Source: Podarcis muralis
Taxonomy: Eukaryota
NCBI RefSeq assembly: GCF_964188315.1
Contig: NC_135656.1
Coordinates: forward strand, 40,982,001-41,046,000
DNA: 64,000 nt
Direction of reading: 5' to 3'
Below, piece by piece: positions 63,519 through 64,000 of this stretch (within the stretch, counting starts at the first letter, position 1; the number at the start of each line of letters is the position of its first letter). The position numbers and the translations under genes are program-made. The notes under the pieces were generated by a model that searched no databases, was not told the DNA's origin, and saw nothing but the letters and a program-made list of their open reading frames with translations.

Positions 63519-64000
63519 GGAGAGTTCTATTTCTGCCAAGAAACAACTTAGGAAGGAAGCTACTCCAACAGGATATCGATGCTTCCTTTTCCTAAGTCAA
63601 TTTCATGTGCAAGGGAGATGGTGATTATTCTGGGAAGGGTGGGCCGGAGAAATGCATCCGTGCAGAATGGATCCCATCAAAACAACTGCAGAGGAAGCGT
63701 TTAAGCCCAGATGCTATTCAACAGGTGTTCCCAAAAAGTTTCAGTGTGTCGACGCAGAGAGTCGTCTGGCCCCCTTCTGGCTCCCAAGGGCAAGGAAGAG
63801 CTGTTTATTCTCTTGATCTTCCCTCTTATATTGCTGGTAAAGACTTTACAGGCTTTGTCGTGGGAGAGACACAATCTGGAAGAGAGGCGTGGGGAAGTTC
63901 GCAGATGCCTTTTGGGAACAAGCACTCCTCAAATACTTGCGCAAACCCTGTCTTGTGTTACAAGGAGGTTTCCCCCCCCCCTCTAAGCACATTTTGTTGG

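Overview
Squamate genomic DNA, probably a lacertid lizard (inferred from Sauria SINEs, BovB and L2 tails). The only confidently identifiable host gene is PIK3R5 (p101, regulatory subunit of PI3K-gamma) on the + strand: 18 coding exons from 28804 to 52073, 883 aa by my exon sum, all GT-AG and in frame. Top signal: a 1803-bp hAT (Charlie/Buster-type) element at 11476-13278 with perfect 15-bp TIRs and an identical 8-bp TSD (GTCTAGCA). Most of its transposase is replaced by about 1.3 kb of apparently captured host DNA, namely a CpG-island promoter (ZNF143 and CCAAT boxes) and a signal-peptide-like first exon. The transposon end supplies that exon's splice donor, and the unit points at PIK3R5 about 15.5 kb downstream (a Pack-hAT, possible promoter shuttling). 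Second signal: downstream of PIK3R5, a 2054-bp block lies between two apparently identical 278-bp direct repeats. It holds a relic of an Ngaro-type tyrosine-recombinase retrotransposon (broken recombinase, open SGNH-hydrolase ORF, several internal tandem duplications) plus an L2 tail. A separate, probably bidirectional CpG-island promoter of an unidentified gene lies at about 62.4-63.3 kb. The rest is typical lizard repeat content. No database search was run; family assignments come from recalled motifs.
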